64,000 bases of DNA from Octopus vulgaris (taxonomy: Eukaryota): the NCBI GenBank assembly GCA_951406725.2, contig OX597833.1, forward strand, positions 46,438,001 through 46,502,000. Reading direction: 5' to 3'. Each line of letters opens with the position of its first letter. Position 1 is the first letter of the stretch. The notes under the pieces are model-generated. The model saw nothing but the letters and a program-made list of their open reading frames with translations, ran no database searches and was not told the origin of the DNA. Position numbers and translations under genes: made by a program. This document shows, in pieces, positions 1-14,226 of the stretch.

Positions 1-692
1 TCATTAATAAATGATGACATTAAACGAGTTAAGGAAATAGATATACGAACGTTAAGGGAAGTCAACCGAAATACTAAACCAGACTTAAAAATACTCCCAT
101 ACATCGCTACACAAAACCCTAGAAACTACGAAGCCTTCAACATTTTCATCCAAAATCTACCCATCCTCACAAGAGTTAAAACAATGAACAAAATTTTAGG
201 CTCACACAAAATTATCAAAAGCAAAATGCAACCTAAATCATTGAAAAAAATATTAATCAGCGCACGACTATATCCATTAATAACAGAACCAAAAGTGAAA
301 AAATGTTGTCGACCGAACTGTGGGACATGCCCCCACCTTTTGGAGGGTTCAGAGTTCCGCTTTAAACAAGGTGAAATATGTAAGATTAAACCAAATTTCA
401 CCTGTGCCTCGGAAAATCTAATCTATGCTATTACATGCTTTGGGTGTGGTAATAATTATATTGGCCAATCAGGAATATCACTCTGTCGAAGAACCACTCT
501 CCACAAAGAACAAATCCGCCACCTACAATACAGACAGATACCGGTCAGTGAACACGTGCTTGAAATCTTAATCCTAATTTCCTAATTTTCCCCTTCTATC
601 AATGTTCACAGAACACCTCAGTACAACAAAGAATGAATAAAGAAGCAACTTTCATCAATAAATATCCTCCACAACTCAATATGAACACATAA
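1..692 (+). pseudogene. Penelope-like element ORF C-terminus (linker + GIY-YIG endonuclease), runs off window start, frameshifted near 560
   Basis: Frame +1 is open from 1 to 585: LPYIATQNP, CCRPNCGTCPH, FTCASENLIYAITCFGCGNNYIGQS, RRTTLHKEQI, VSEH. A shifted frame continues FPFYQC...RMNKEATFINKYPPQLN*. This is the PLE GIY-YIG layout with Cys/His motifs. Confidence 0.9.
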
Positions 693-880
693 CATAACAC
701 AGAACACTACTAACCTTTCAGTTAATACCACTAACTCCCATACATCCCATACACCATTCACATTACAGATCTATATCTACCCTAATTGTACCAAATCCAG
801 AACTACTTACCTCACTTACACATAATCTTTTTACTCAGGGACTAGTAGACCTGACACCGTTCAGTAATCGGTGTGCATTC

Positions 881-919
881 AAAGCAATTATTAGTAATAT
901 TACAAAACCGGTATGCTTT
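881..919 (+). ncRNA. Decayed type I hammerhead in the PLE 3' region
   Basis: AAAGCA-ATTATTA-GTAA-ta-TTAC-AAAAC-CG-GTA-TGCTTT. Stems I and II are intact. Core is mutated relative to CTGATGA and GAAAC. Confidence 0.6.
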
Positions 920-1131
920 TGAATCTCTTTAACAATTCACAATAATGACTTTTATTTCTTTTATTCCTACCTCAGTTCATCTAATTGTATATATATCTAT
1001 CGCTACTTTTCATAAAAGCCTTTACTTTTTTTTGATTTCCAATGTGCATTTTCGCTTATTTTTCTTCTTATTTTCCCCATACATTTCGACGTGTAGTTTC
1101 TATTTTCTTTTTGCAACATGCTTCTATTATA

Positions 1132-1328
<197 letters not shown>

Positions 1329-1703
1329 GCACATAACAGACTCACATACAGTACTTCGAGTTTCCTGACAAGCTACGGGCATGAAGTTATCCGATTACCG
1401 ACCGATAATTAAAGCCAGGTCATCAGCTTTTGTTGGACACAACTATATATTCCCCCATTTCAATGATATTGAAATCTACTTTTCTTTTTACACACTTGCT
1501 TTAACGTTATCTGTGTTTCAGTACATACTTATGTATACAAACACGCGCACGCGCACACACACATGCACGCACATACACACACGGACACACACACACACAG
1601 GGTCTCGCAGGTGGACAAACAGATAGAAAAACGAGGAAGATAGCCACACAAGCACAAACACATGGAAAAGGTTAACCTCCTACGTACCACATTTCTCTCT
1701 CTC

Positions 1704-1790
<87 letters not shown>

Positions 1791-2165
1791 AATATACTCG
1801 TCTACAAAAACAAATTTAACGAAGCGTGGTTCCCCGTGTTCAGTGCGATACTCCAGCGTTTTTATTCACGTAAACACATATATAGTTCAAATGCCTCATT
1901 AGCACAACCGTAATAATTCACGCCTCTAAATAAGATATCATACATAATAGATGCTACATACACAAACATTTAAACAATGTAATAGGTTTAACGAAGCATA
2001 GCCATTGCACTGTCAAATCAGTCTCCTCGTCTAGTGCTTGATTAGTCACCGTCTTTCGGTTTCTATGTATTCTACCTATCTCTTCCTCTCTCTTTATATA
2101 CATATATATATACATATATATATATATATGTGTGTGTGTATATATAAAGATATAGATATAGATAT

Positions 2166-2206
<41 letters not shown>

Positions 2207-2219
2207 TATAGATATAGAT

Positions 2220-2395
2220 ATCAAATAAACAAACAATTCAAATAGACGAATAAGATTAACGGACAACGAAAAGACGTACATAAGAAGTGTATTAGCTTGA
2301 CGCTCGGTGAGAGAAGAGAGTTTGACGTTTCGAGAATAGCTCATCATCAGAAATGAGAAATGGAAAAGTCCAAAGAAGGAAAAGAAATCGCCAAT
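2220..2395 (-). mobile_element. ~200-nt (TA)n-embedded element, family A, with minimal HHR at 2321-2353
   Basis: Minus strand: TTT-CTGATGA-T-GAG-ctatt-CTC-GAAAC-GTC-AAA. Confidence 0.75.
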
Positions 2396-2456
2396 ATATA
2401 TGTGTGTGTGTTTGTGTGTGTGTATGTGTGTATCTATGTATGTATGCATGTGTATA

Positions 2457-2690
2457 TATTGGGTCATCCCATAAATAATGCGGTTTTCTTATACTTCTTT
2501 TCTCCTTCAAAGTTATGATAAACAGAATTCTTTTTTTAATCTAAAATATACTCTCCTTCATTTTCTACATTTTCCACCTATCTAGTAGACTTGCAAGTCC
2601 CCTCTTCCAAAATTCACTTGTCCGTGACGAAGAATCCTCCTCCAGTATTATTCCGACCGCGTCTACAGAATTCATATTTTTTCCGTCTCA
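2457..2690 (-). mobile_element. mariner transposon 3' fragment (TIR + transposase C-terminus)
   Basis: TA-TTGGGTCATCCCATAAATAATGCGG TIR. Minus-strand translation SEFWKRGLASLLDRWK...VENEGEYILD* fits a mariner C-terminus. Confidence 0.75.
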
Positions 2691-3144
2691 TCTCATAAGC
2701 TCGTCCTCCTAGCGTTCATAATAATTTTTCTTTCTTCTTGGCTTAACAACCCTCACCGTTTGTTTTTACTGTCTTGTTCTCACTGTCCTGTTCTTGTTAC
2801 CACTTTCACCCTCCGCAAAAAATCCCAAATTTTGTTTAATTTGCTTTGCGTGAAGGACTGTTTCAACGAAGTCGCGTATTGTACTTGCCTTCGACGCGGA
2901 GTAGATGAAACAGGGACAACTGATGAAGGGGATTATTCTTTATGTTGCATGTCTCGTTCCTCTGTTTGTTTTTGTTTTTTTTTTCGTTGTTGGAAAAATG
3001 TTTGCTTTCTATGTTTTTGTTTTTATGTTTTCGTTTCTCATTGTGTTAAACGTTTTTTTAATGTCCTGTACTCATATAAACAGGTATATATACATATATG
3101 TGTAGGTATCTACAAATATGTATGTATATATGAATATATTTATA

Positions 3145-3216
<72 letters not shown>

Positions 3217-3217
3217 T

Positions 3218-3365
3218 CGTAGTTTCGTTTTGTGTTCCTTTCTGTGGAAGAGCGTAGGCTCGAAACGTTAAAGACTTTTTCACTTCCCGAGCGTTATACT
3301 AATATATTTGTTTGTTGTCTACACCACCTGTCTTCGTCTTTTGTTTTTTTTTTGTGAATTCTCGC
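3218..3365 (+). mobile_element. Family A element, minimal HHR at 3238-3273 (A6U core)
   Basis: CTTT-CTGTGGA-A-GAGC-gtag-GCTC-GAAAC-GTT-AAAG. Flanked by TA tracts. Confidence 0.7.
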
Positions 3366-3453
3366 TATATATATATGTGTGTGTGTGTGTGTAAAGTGTA
3401 TATATATATATTAACGCGTAAGCTGTTGGGTAATTCTCAGTCATTTACGTGTA

Positions 3454-4005
3454 CAGTAATCCCTCGACTATTGCGGGTGTTACATTTCAAAAACCTCCCG
3501 CGATAGCTTAAAATCCGCGAAGTAGAGACAGTACTGTACTGTGTATATTTTTTATAATTTTTATAATTTGCATATATTTATTTGATTATAAATGCAAAAC
3601 AACACTGCACACTCACCTCTCGAGTTTCATTTCATGCTGTATTTGCCATTCTTTGTTTACTTATCTACGGTACACTACGTATTTTCTTTTAATATATTTT
3701 AATTAATGTGTTATACAATGCAGTAGTGTATTCTATTTTTATCAATTAATTTATCAATTTTTAGGCGTAAAAATGCTCATTTTACCACAGAAATGATAAA
3801 AACCTAAAAACTAAATACCTTATCGACCGCAGAAACCTGCGATATACTGAAGAGGCCGCGATATAAATTTACATATATGAGCCAGAAAAATCTGCGATGT
3901 ACTGAGTGCGCGATAGGTGAACTGCGATGTACTGAGTGTGCGATAGGTGAACCGCGATGTACTGAGTGCGTGATAGGTGAACTGCGATATGGCGAGGGTT
4001 TACTG
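3454..4005. mobile_element. Tigger/pogo-like MITE with internal 3x30-bp repeat (3892-3981)
   Basis: TIRs CAGTAATCCCTCGACTATTGCGG / CTGCGATATGGCGAGGGTTTACTG, with TA on both sides. Confidence 0.8.
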
Positions 4006-4084
4006 TACTCATTAATGCAACTCTCTCAACAATCAACGTGACATTATATGACAAAGAGGAGTGTGGACAATAAACTGAGGCTTC

Positions 4085-4330
4085 TTCAACCGGTTTAAGT
4101 GGAGGTACGTAGTTTACTGGCTAGGGTATTTGCATTCATGATCATAAGATTGTTGTTTCGATTCCTGAACCGGGCGATGCTTTGTGTTTTTGAGCAAAAC
4201 ATTTCATTTCACCTTCCGCCAGTCCACTCAGCTTGTAAAAACTAGTAATCCTGCAACGGACCAGCGTTCCATCCGGTGGGGAATACACTCGCCACAAGAA
4301 CCGGGAAACCGACCCTATGAATCTATATGA
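4085..4330 (+). mobile_element. SINE family 3, degenerate
   Basis: B-box-like GTTTCGATTCC followed by TTGAGCAAAACATTTCATTTCAC core. Confidence 0.6.
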
Positions 4331-4643
4331 CTTAGCTTAACTACGTGGAGAGGAACCAACAAGATTTAATTTCTCATTGCAATTATTTCAGAGATTTCCT
4401 GCGTGCTGTAGCGATAATCCTTAATCATCAGTGGTCAGGTTTCTTTAAGCAAATAGCCCAGCCTTGCCACTAACCCACGAAATTAAAACGCCAGAGTGAA
4501 GTAGGTCTTCCGGCGCAGATCAGTCTCATTATTACTTGGCTCCTGCGAAAGTTCTGTCTCAAGTTTCCTGAAACTACAAACAGACGGCGGATATTTTATT
4601 GCAGCGGTCGAGGAAAATCGCACGTGTACAAAAATCAAATACC

Positions 4644-5053
4644 TATTTCTTTATTACCCACAAGGGGCTAAACATAGAGGGGACAAACAAGGACAGACAT
4701 AGGTAGTAAGTCGATTACATCGACCCCAGAGCGTAACTGGTACTTAATTTATCGACCCCGAAAGGATGAAAGGCAAAGTCGACCTCGGCGGAATTTGAAC
4801 TCAGAACGTAGCGGCAGACGAAATACCTATTTCTTTATTACCCACAAGGGGCTAAACACAGAGGGGACAAACAAAGACAGACATAGGTATTAAGTCGATT
4901 ACATCGACCCCAGTTCGTAACTGGTACTTAATTTATCGACCCCGAAAGGATGAAAGGCAAAGTCGACCTCGGCGGAATTTGAACTCAGAACGTAGCGGCA
5001 GACGAAATACCGCTAGGCATTTCGCACGGCGCGCTAACGTTTCCGCCAGCTCG
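4644..5053 (-). mobile_element. SINE family 1 (tRNA head + Nin/Deu-like core), internal 184-bp dimer
   Basis: Core GCCTTTCATCCTTTCGGGGTCGATAAATTAAGTACC. 15-bp TSD CAAAAATCAAATACC at 4629-4643 and 5054-5068. Confidence 0.9.
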
Positions 5054-5497
5054 CAAAAATCAAATACCATCTCTTCCGTAAGTTTTCTCGCACATGAAAG
5101 CACACGGAAGGAGTAGTATCGGAAGCTATTGCGATTCTCCGATCGACCACAGTACAGGGCTGAAACTTTATTTTATTGATTCTCAACGGAGGAACGGTAA
5201 AGCTGACCTCCACAGTATTAGATATCTCAGCGCAGAGAGCCGAAACAAATTCCGCGCGGTATTTTATCAGTTGCTGACCGACAGAAATCCGATAGAATAG
5301 AATTAGTTGAGCCGTTAGAATGTCGGACAATATATGTTGCGATAATTGGTCCGGCTCTTAAGATTCTCAGTTCAGATCCCTCCCAAGTCGACTCTAACCT
5401 CTCAGGAGTCGACAAAATAAGGCATCAGCCGTGTACAGGATTCGATGGTATTGGCGAATCGCCTCCCTAAAAATATGCTGGCCATGAGCCTAAATTA

Positions 5498-5579
5498 CTA
5501 TTGTTGTTGCTATTATTACTGTTGTTGTTTATATTGTTATTATAATAATTATCATTATTATTATTATTATTATTATTAT

Positions 5580-5630
<51 letters not shown>

Positions 5631-5721
5631 CAGCAGCAGCGGCGGTGGTGGTGGTGGTGGTGGTGGTGGTGGTGGTGGTGGTGGTGGTGGTGGTGGTGGC
5701 GGTGATGTTGTTGGCGGTGGT

Positions 5722-5780
<59 letters not shown>

Positions 5781-5781
5781 C

Positions 5782-5816
<35 letters not shown>

Positions 5817-5866
5817 CAGCACCAGCAGCGGCGGTGGTAGTGGTGGCGTCGGCGTTGTTGGCGGTG

Positions 5867-5897
<31 letters not shown>

Positions 5898-6001
5898 TAG
5901 CAGCCGCAGCAGCAGCAGCGGCGGTGGTGGTGGTGGTGGTGGTGGCGTCGGCGTTGTTGGCGGTGGCAGCAGCAGCAGCAGTAGTAGTAGTTGTAGTAGT
6001 A
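5498..6001. repeat. Compound trinucleotide array (TTA/TAG/GGT/CAG)
   Basis: Direct reading. Confidence 0.95.
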
Positions 6002-6947
6002 TTCGTGTTGCTTTGTTATGAACTTCACCCTTTGTAATATGATAAGCATACGTTACTCCCCACGAGTACCGAGGTCGATGAAAACAGTTCTCGGTCCTCC
6101 AGCATGGCCGTAGTCAAATGACTGAAACAAGTAAAAGAGTAAAGAGAGAGTAAGAAAGGCTACAAATCCACTACACTTGTCAGGGATGGCGCTCTAGAAA
6201 GTCACGAATCGATTGCACGATTCAGCTGCCCACTTTTGCCTTTTTGATAAAGCGGGAGCATCATCTCCTAATATAGGAAGCATGTCAGTATGAATGACTT
6301 TGAAGACAAAATCCTTTCTCTTCAAATTTTGTCCATTTACAAGAGAAGTCGCTACTTGCTACTTTTGAAGTGTTCTTTGAATAGTGTAATGTCAGTTTAC
6401 CTAGAAACAATTCAGTTATTAATAAAAAAAAAACAGTTGAAATTGAAGCATGTAACATTTCACAGCTCTAGAATCCCTCATTCATAGACAACCTATGAAC
6501 CTTTCAGCCCACCCTCGTACTTCCTCGAGCACTACTCCTTGAAGTGGGATCATATATTGGCTATATTATTCTGATCGGTGCTCCAGCAAGGCTACAAATA
6601 ATCCACAGCCCGAAAAGCCATTAAAATACTATCTCCTTATTTCTATTGAAGTGCGAAACACTGAAATTTTTATCAGATATATCAAAATATTTCGTTTGAA
6701 TTCTCTACTCTCTTTGGCCGTCTCAAACAATTTTATGTATGGTACGTTTATTTCTAGCTTTAAAAGAAACTCGTGTCAGCCCGTGTCAACTGGGTATATA
6801 TCACCTTGGTAACGGAAGTCGCAAAGAATAATCCCAAATTCTCGGGGACTTTAATTGCAGTCACACATCAGCAAACACACAAATACACGCAAACGTGTAC
6901 ACACACACTCACACACACACATGCATACGAAACCGACCTATACACAC

Positions 6948-7015
<68 letters not shown>

Positions 7016-8498
7016 ATGTGTGTGTGTATTTATATATGTATCTATCCACATATATATACACACACAACATACATACACATATTCACAGAATATTTTGTGT
7101 ATTTATGTGTGCAAGTGTGTGCATATATATGTATATTTGTAGCATGTATGTGTGCGTGTACGTGTGCTTGAATTTGTGTATATTTATATGCGTACGTGCA
7201 TGCATACATACGCGCGCGCGAGCGCGCCACTGTGATGAATAAACAGATTCGTTAGATCGTAGGACAACATACCTAGCTAGCATTTGTTACCATTTTCTAC
7301 ATTTTGAGTTCAAATCCTGCCGAGGTCAAATTTAACTTTTCTCATATTAGAGTCTGTAAAATAGTTACCAGTCAAAGGACGTTGATTGGTGATCGTATGT
7401 CTTTTGATATCTTTAGTGTCCTGCAATATTATGACATTAATAACTGGCCACACTCCATCTGTCTGTACTGTGGGAAACGGATCTGTTCCTTATGTAGTGT
7501 GGTTCTCCGTCCAAGTGCCATATTTGTCTGTCCTATATAGTTATGTCTACAACCTGAATAAGTTATAACACATTAAATTCCCGGAAGCACAAGTGAAGCT
7601 GGTTTTAATTGTGAAGCTTTCCCCCTTGTTTGAATAGGAATTCCGAGACTTCCAGTAGGTTTAAATAAAGAAAATCTATATATCGGAAAATACAGAACAC
7701 GCCTAAGTATGAACGCATAACTAGCTTTGATCTCAGAATATATTTTAATTCATGATCATTTAGCCATCACTGTACATATTTCATCTCACTACTTCAGCTT
7801 TTGAGTTTTTGTATATTCATTTATCCTCTCCCCAAAAATATAATAATGATCATCAAATCCATCCCCTTAGATTTTTCTACTTGTTAATACATTAACAGAC
7901 TCACAAACTTCCACACACATGGACCAAAATCTTCTCAAGAAAATACGAAATTACAACTTCAATGTCAAGATTAGCGAAAGCGAAACCGGTTGACATACAC
8001 ACTCTTTCATATATAAAACATTCTTTACGCGCGTCAGCGAACAAGTCACATGGTCACATTGAATATTCTTGTTTCCACAGTAAACATTTGCCCTCAAATA
8101 TATTGAGTTAATGCTAAGGAAGAGAGAATCCAATAGGTTTGCCAAACGTACAATACACACACACACACACATACATACATACACCCACGCACAGACATAT
8201 ATAAAGCACAACAAATCAGGAAACTTCATAACATATTTAGTTACTCCATCTTATGCGAATTTCATTAACAATGAAAAATATCAGATTTATAACAAAAATC
8301 TTAAAGCAGATTGCATTGTCAAATCTTCAGAGATTGCATGACTCTCATTTGTAATCGTTAGTTTTCATACAGGACTGGTGACACTGTTATTTATGGACTA
8401 TTACAACAGTTACATGTATATATATATAAACGAACACGCAATCCAACGAGAAAAGTATAAATCCATCCATACATACATACATACATATATATATATAT

Positions 8499-8646
<148 letters not shown>

Positions 8647-8828
8647 ATGGAGGAATGGATGGATATATACATTTTTTTGCTGGATTGCGTGTTCGTTTCT
8701 CTTTTTGCCATCTGTGATTTTATTTTTGATCTTCTATATAAACAAAGATATTTCCTTCGTCTGGCTGCTTTTCTTTCTACAAAACGAGAAGTTACATTGC
8801 GGAACTGTTATTTTTAACGAGTTGTATT

Positions 8829-8946
8829 TATTTATCACCCGACGAGATACATCTACACCACCGGATGCTCCTGAAGCAGTTGTTCAATGTCCCATCCATG
8901 AGGGATCGATGCTAGATGTGTGGAAACAATCGTCGTGATTAATAAT
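8829..8946 (+). ncRNA. Type I HHR with long stem II insertion (within an element of ~8650-8984 ending at TA tract)
   Basis: ATCAC-CCGACGA-G-ATACATCTA...(57 nt)...TAGATGTGT-G-GAAAC-AATC-GTC-GTGAT. Confidence 0.7.
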
Positions 8947-9082
8947 AAATTATCGTATACTCCTTCTTCCGGCTTTCATTTACCATATATATATACATAC
9001 ATACATACATACATACACACACATTTATATACATATGTATATATATATATATACATGTATATATCCCATACACACACATACT

Positions 9083-9174
<92 letters not shown>

Positions 9175-9671
9175 CATACATATAATATATATGTGTATAT
9201 ATATATATATTTGAATGGTTGTATATATGCATGTGTACATACATATATACATCTATATGTATAAGTTTCTATATATGCATTTGTGTGCATCTGTGGGAAT
9301 GTCAGCATACAAACACACACATACACACACACATACACACACATACACATACATGCATACATACACATATGCGGTGTACCGAATTAAGGAAGTGTTACGT
9401 AAATCTGCCGTCCTTGTGTCAGGTGATTCTACGTAATTAATTAATATAAAACAGTTGCTTTTATATAAATGTGCGTGTATATGTTTGTCTGTTTTATGAA
9501 GGGTACATACGCAGTCTAATATAGCTATATATGCTTTTTAGCCCTTGTTACGTTTATGTGTGTGTGTGTGTGTGTGTGTGTATGCGCGAACCCGCGGAGA
9601 CTTGTATAAGAATGTCACGTATGTGGCCATGTGTCCGTATGTGTTAATTGAATTTATGTATGTATGTGTGT

Positions 9672-9726
<55 letters not shown>

Positions 9727-9861
9727 CTCCTATGAATGTGTATAGGAGGGATGTCTGTCTGCTTTAGTGTAGAATTATGTATACATGTTATTAGACACTC
9801 TGAACATATCAAACGCATCATTTCCTATTTCCGATAAACAAGAAAAACAAAAAACAAAAAC

Positions 9862-9932
<71 letters not shown>

Positions 9933-10066
9933 AGATGATGATGATGAAAATAATAAAGAATTCCGGGATTTAACGACATAAAAGCGGATATACCCTCTTT
10001 CTGAATTAATACGTTTTACATACATCTATCTACGCATGTTTACGAGTTCTCATATATATATATATA

Positions 10067-10108
<42 letters not shown>

Positions 10109-10237
10109 GTGTGTGTGTGTGTGTGTGTATACATATATATATATATATATATATAAACACAAATATACATACGTTAATATATATAAATACCCATGTACAC
10201 TTGCATACATAGAAATATGCATACATGTATATATGTA

Positions 10238-10351
<114 letters not shown>

Positions 10352-11098
10352 TGCATGTATTTCTGTGTGTATATATTACACATACACGCGGGCGCTCATG
10401 CACATACACACACATACACACACGAGGGGGTGTTTTTGGTAAAAGAAAATACAGGGACATCAGTTATGATTTTACTCAACCTATTCCTCTTCTCAGATTC
10501 ACACACTTATTGCAGCGGTCCTTCAGTTTTTCTAAGCCCAGTAAAAGAACTTGAAAGGTTGGGCGTCCAATCAGGCCTTTCGCAATAACCTAAAAGCCAA
10601 GAACTATTCAGCAACTACTCGTACATATATGTATTTTCTCATATTCACACAGAAACATTGACCTGTATGTATATATGTTTGCAGGCCATAATGCGTGTAT
10701 AGTATATCTCTCTGTATGTATACGCGTATTGCGGGTTTACATATGTGTATTACGCACATTTTGAAATCTATTTAACTATGCAAACAGAAGTGTCATATTT
10801 TTTTTCCTCTCAAAATAGCAGACACTAAATTACTATACCATTCTGAGAAATAATTTAGCAACCAGCAACGTATCACCAACGCCGCCGCCTCTCTGCTGTA
10901 ACCTCCCTCTACACACCGCCACCACGAGATCACCATCATTACAGACATAATCCTACGCTATGATAAACTAACAGTTAACTCTGTTACAGTAATCCTGCAA
11001 CGTAATAAACCATTCAAGTAGCCCACCAAAAGCATTAGATCTATATTTCGATCATATGTACATATACGCACACATAATGCATACACAAACACACACAC

Positions 11099-11174
<76 letters not shown>

Positions 11175-11176
<2 letters not shown>

Positions 11177-11369
11177 CCTCGTGAAGACCACTTGCATTTT
11201 TTTCCCTCTGTCCTCCCACCTCGGGATCTTTCTTTCTCCTATGTTTCCGACGAAGAGCTCCGCTCGAAACGTCATACCCTCCTTCTTCCCTTCTTTCCTG
11301 AGCGCCCAATAATACTTTATTTGTTCCACATCCTCGCGTTGTCTTTTTGTTTTCTTGTTTGGATTAACT
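11175..11369 (+). mobile_element. Family A element, minimal HHR at 11243-11277
   Basis: GTTT-CCGACGA-A-GAGC-tcc-GCTC-GAAAC-GTC-ATAC. Close relative of 43039-43230. Confidence 0.75.
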
Positions 11370-11370
11370 T

Positions 11371-11900
<530 letters not shown>

Positions 11901-11902
11901 AA

Positions 11903-11966
<64 letters not shown>

Positions 11967-12056
11967 ATATAAATAAAATATATATATATAAACACACGCA
12001 CACACATATATGCATATATACATAAATATATATACATATATATATATATGTATATA

Positions 12057-12195
12057 GTGAGAATTTACAAAAAAAAAGCAAAAGACGAAGACGGGTATGT
12101 AAACAACAAACATGTATTAGTTTAATGCTCGGGAAGTGAGAAAGTCTTTTACATTTTGAGCCTATGCTCTTCGACGGAAAGGAACACAGAAATAA
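12057..12195 (-). mobile_element. Family A element, degenerate HHR
   Basis: Minus strand: CTTT-CCGTCGA-A-GAGC-atag-GCTC-AAAAT-GTA-AAAG. Homologous to 3218-3365. Confidence 0.65.
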
Positions 12196-12253
12196 ACATA
12201 CTAACCTTGCCCTTCATTTTAACACTAATTCTGGAGTTTCTACGCTAATGTGG

Positions 12254-12310
<57 letters not shown>

Positions 12311-12520
12311 GTTCTTTATTACAGACTAATATCTGTGACTAGCTGCCTTGTTTAAGTTTGTTTACAACGAATATACAACACTTGTTGCTGCTGTTGAGTT
12401 ATTTATGCCTCTCTGCATAAATGGCCAAATGTGATGTTATCAGCAATGCTTTTCTTTTTACTTCTGTTTAAGAAATTGGAATAAAAAACAAACAAAGCAA
12501 AGAAAAAACTATATTATCAG

Positions 12521-13055
12521 CCATGGCTGTGGTTCAAAAGCTTGCTTTACAACCATGTGGTTTCGGGTTCAGTCCCTCTGCACAACACTTTAGGCCAGTA
12601 TATTCCACTTTTATAGCCCTGGGCTGGCTAATGCTTGAGAATGAATTTGGTAAGCGGAAACTGTGTGGAAGCCCGTCGTTTATATGTGGCTGTGCGGTAA
12701 GAAGCTTGTTTCCCAACCACATGGTCCCGGGTTCAGTCTCATTGCGCGACACTTTGGGCAAGTGTCTTCTATTATAGCCTCGTATTAACCAAAGCTTTGT
12801 AAGTGGATTTCGTAGACGGAAACTGAAAGAAGCCCGTCGCATATATGTGTGTGTGTCTTTCTGTCTGTATTTGTCCCCTCATCACCGGTGTCGGTGTGTT
12901 TACGTCCCCGTATGTTAGTGTTTCGGCAAAAGTGAAACGATAGAACAATACTGGGCTTTAAAATATATGTCCTGGGGTCGATTTGTTCGACTAAAACCTT
13001 TCAAGGTGATGCTCCAGCATGGCTGCAGTCAAATAACTTAAGCAAGTAAAAAGAC
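12521..13055 (+). mobile_element. SINE family 2 with duplicated head
   Basis: Two successive heads (12521, 12686) followed by the tail. Confidence 0.8.
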
Positions 13056-13061
13056 AAAAGG

Positions 13062-13112
<51 letters not shown>

Positions 13113-13804
13113 TGTGTGTGTGTGTGCGTGCGTGCGTATGAGTATGTGTGCGTATATGTGTGTCAGTGTGTGTGCAAGCGTATGTGTGTGTGCGTGTAAG
13201 TGTGTGTGTGTGCTTGTATGTGTATGTGTGTGTGCGTGTATGTGTATGTGTGTGTGCATGTGTGTAGTTTAACAAATTACACTATTACGCAATCCAATAA
13301 ATTTTAAATACAGCAAATGCTTTTCTTATTTATATTATTTTGTATTTTATTACCATTTTCGCTATGTTTACGAAAATCTCTCTCATTATTCCTGTAATTC
13401 TATTCCTGATTATGAAATTCCAGCGCCGTTTTATGAAAGACTTCTTTGTTTTCCTCGCAGTTTATCTTTTTTTTCTTTTCTATTTTTACATGTTCCTTTC
13501 ACTCGAATCTGCCTACTACGCTTTTATTAGATTTTAGACATGCATTTATATAAATATATATGAACGTGTGTGTGTGGTGTGTGTGAATGTGTGCGTGTGC
13601 ATGTGTGTTTGTACACATACACACACATACGTTCATACATTCATGTTTACAATTTATACATACATACATACATACATACATACATACATACAAAAATGTG
13701 TGTACATATGTGTGTATGTGCATATCTTATCTATCTATCTATCAACCTATCTTGTTATCTATCTATTTATCAAACTTATGCAACTACCTATCTATTTATC
13801 TATT

Positions 13805-13864
<60 letters not shown>

Positions 13865-13878
13865 GTTTGTGTGTCTAA

Positions 13879-13914
<36 letters not shown>

Positions 13915-14009
13915 ATATATATATATCTATTTATCTGTATGTCTGTCTGTCTGTCTGTCTGTCTGGACAAACATAATCTGTTTTCCCTTTTTACATTGAC
14001 ATTTCTGTG

Positions 14010-14226
14010 ATACACGATCCCTATTGATCGGTCCCACTTTTTTTTTCACACGATCCCTTTTGATCGAAATTCTCCACCCCCACCCCACCCCCATTTTTTT
14101 TCTTTCACGATCCCTTTTGATCGGAATTCGCCCCCATTTTTCCTCCTTCTCTTCTTCCCAACTAGAAAAGCTCTACTTTGTATTTTGTACCTTCTGTGTT
14201 TAGCCCTGCGTGGCCAATAAAGAAAT
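14010..14226 (+). mobile_element. Tx1-like LINE 3' UTR fragment ending in (CTAT)n, with three ACGATCCCT(A/T)TTGATCG repeats
   Basis: Tail TGTGTTTAGCCCTGCGTGGCCAATAAAGAAA matches the LINE end at 61098-61127. Confidence 0.6.

Noticed and set aside
2855-2950. GAAAC followed by CTGATGA-AGGGG-atta-TTCTT
   Set aside because: Boxes are in an order and spacing that give no NUH site or closed three-way junction. Probably part of a PLE-related fragment (2690-3075), but not a supportable HHR.
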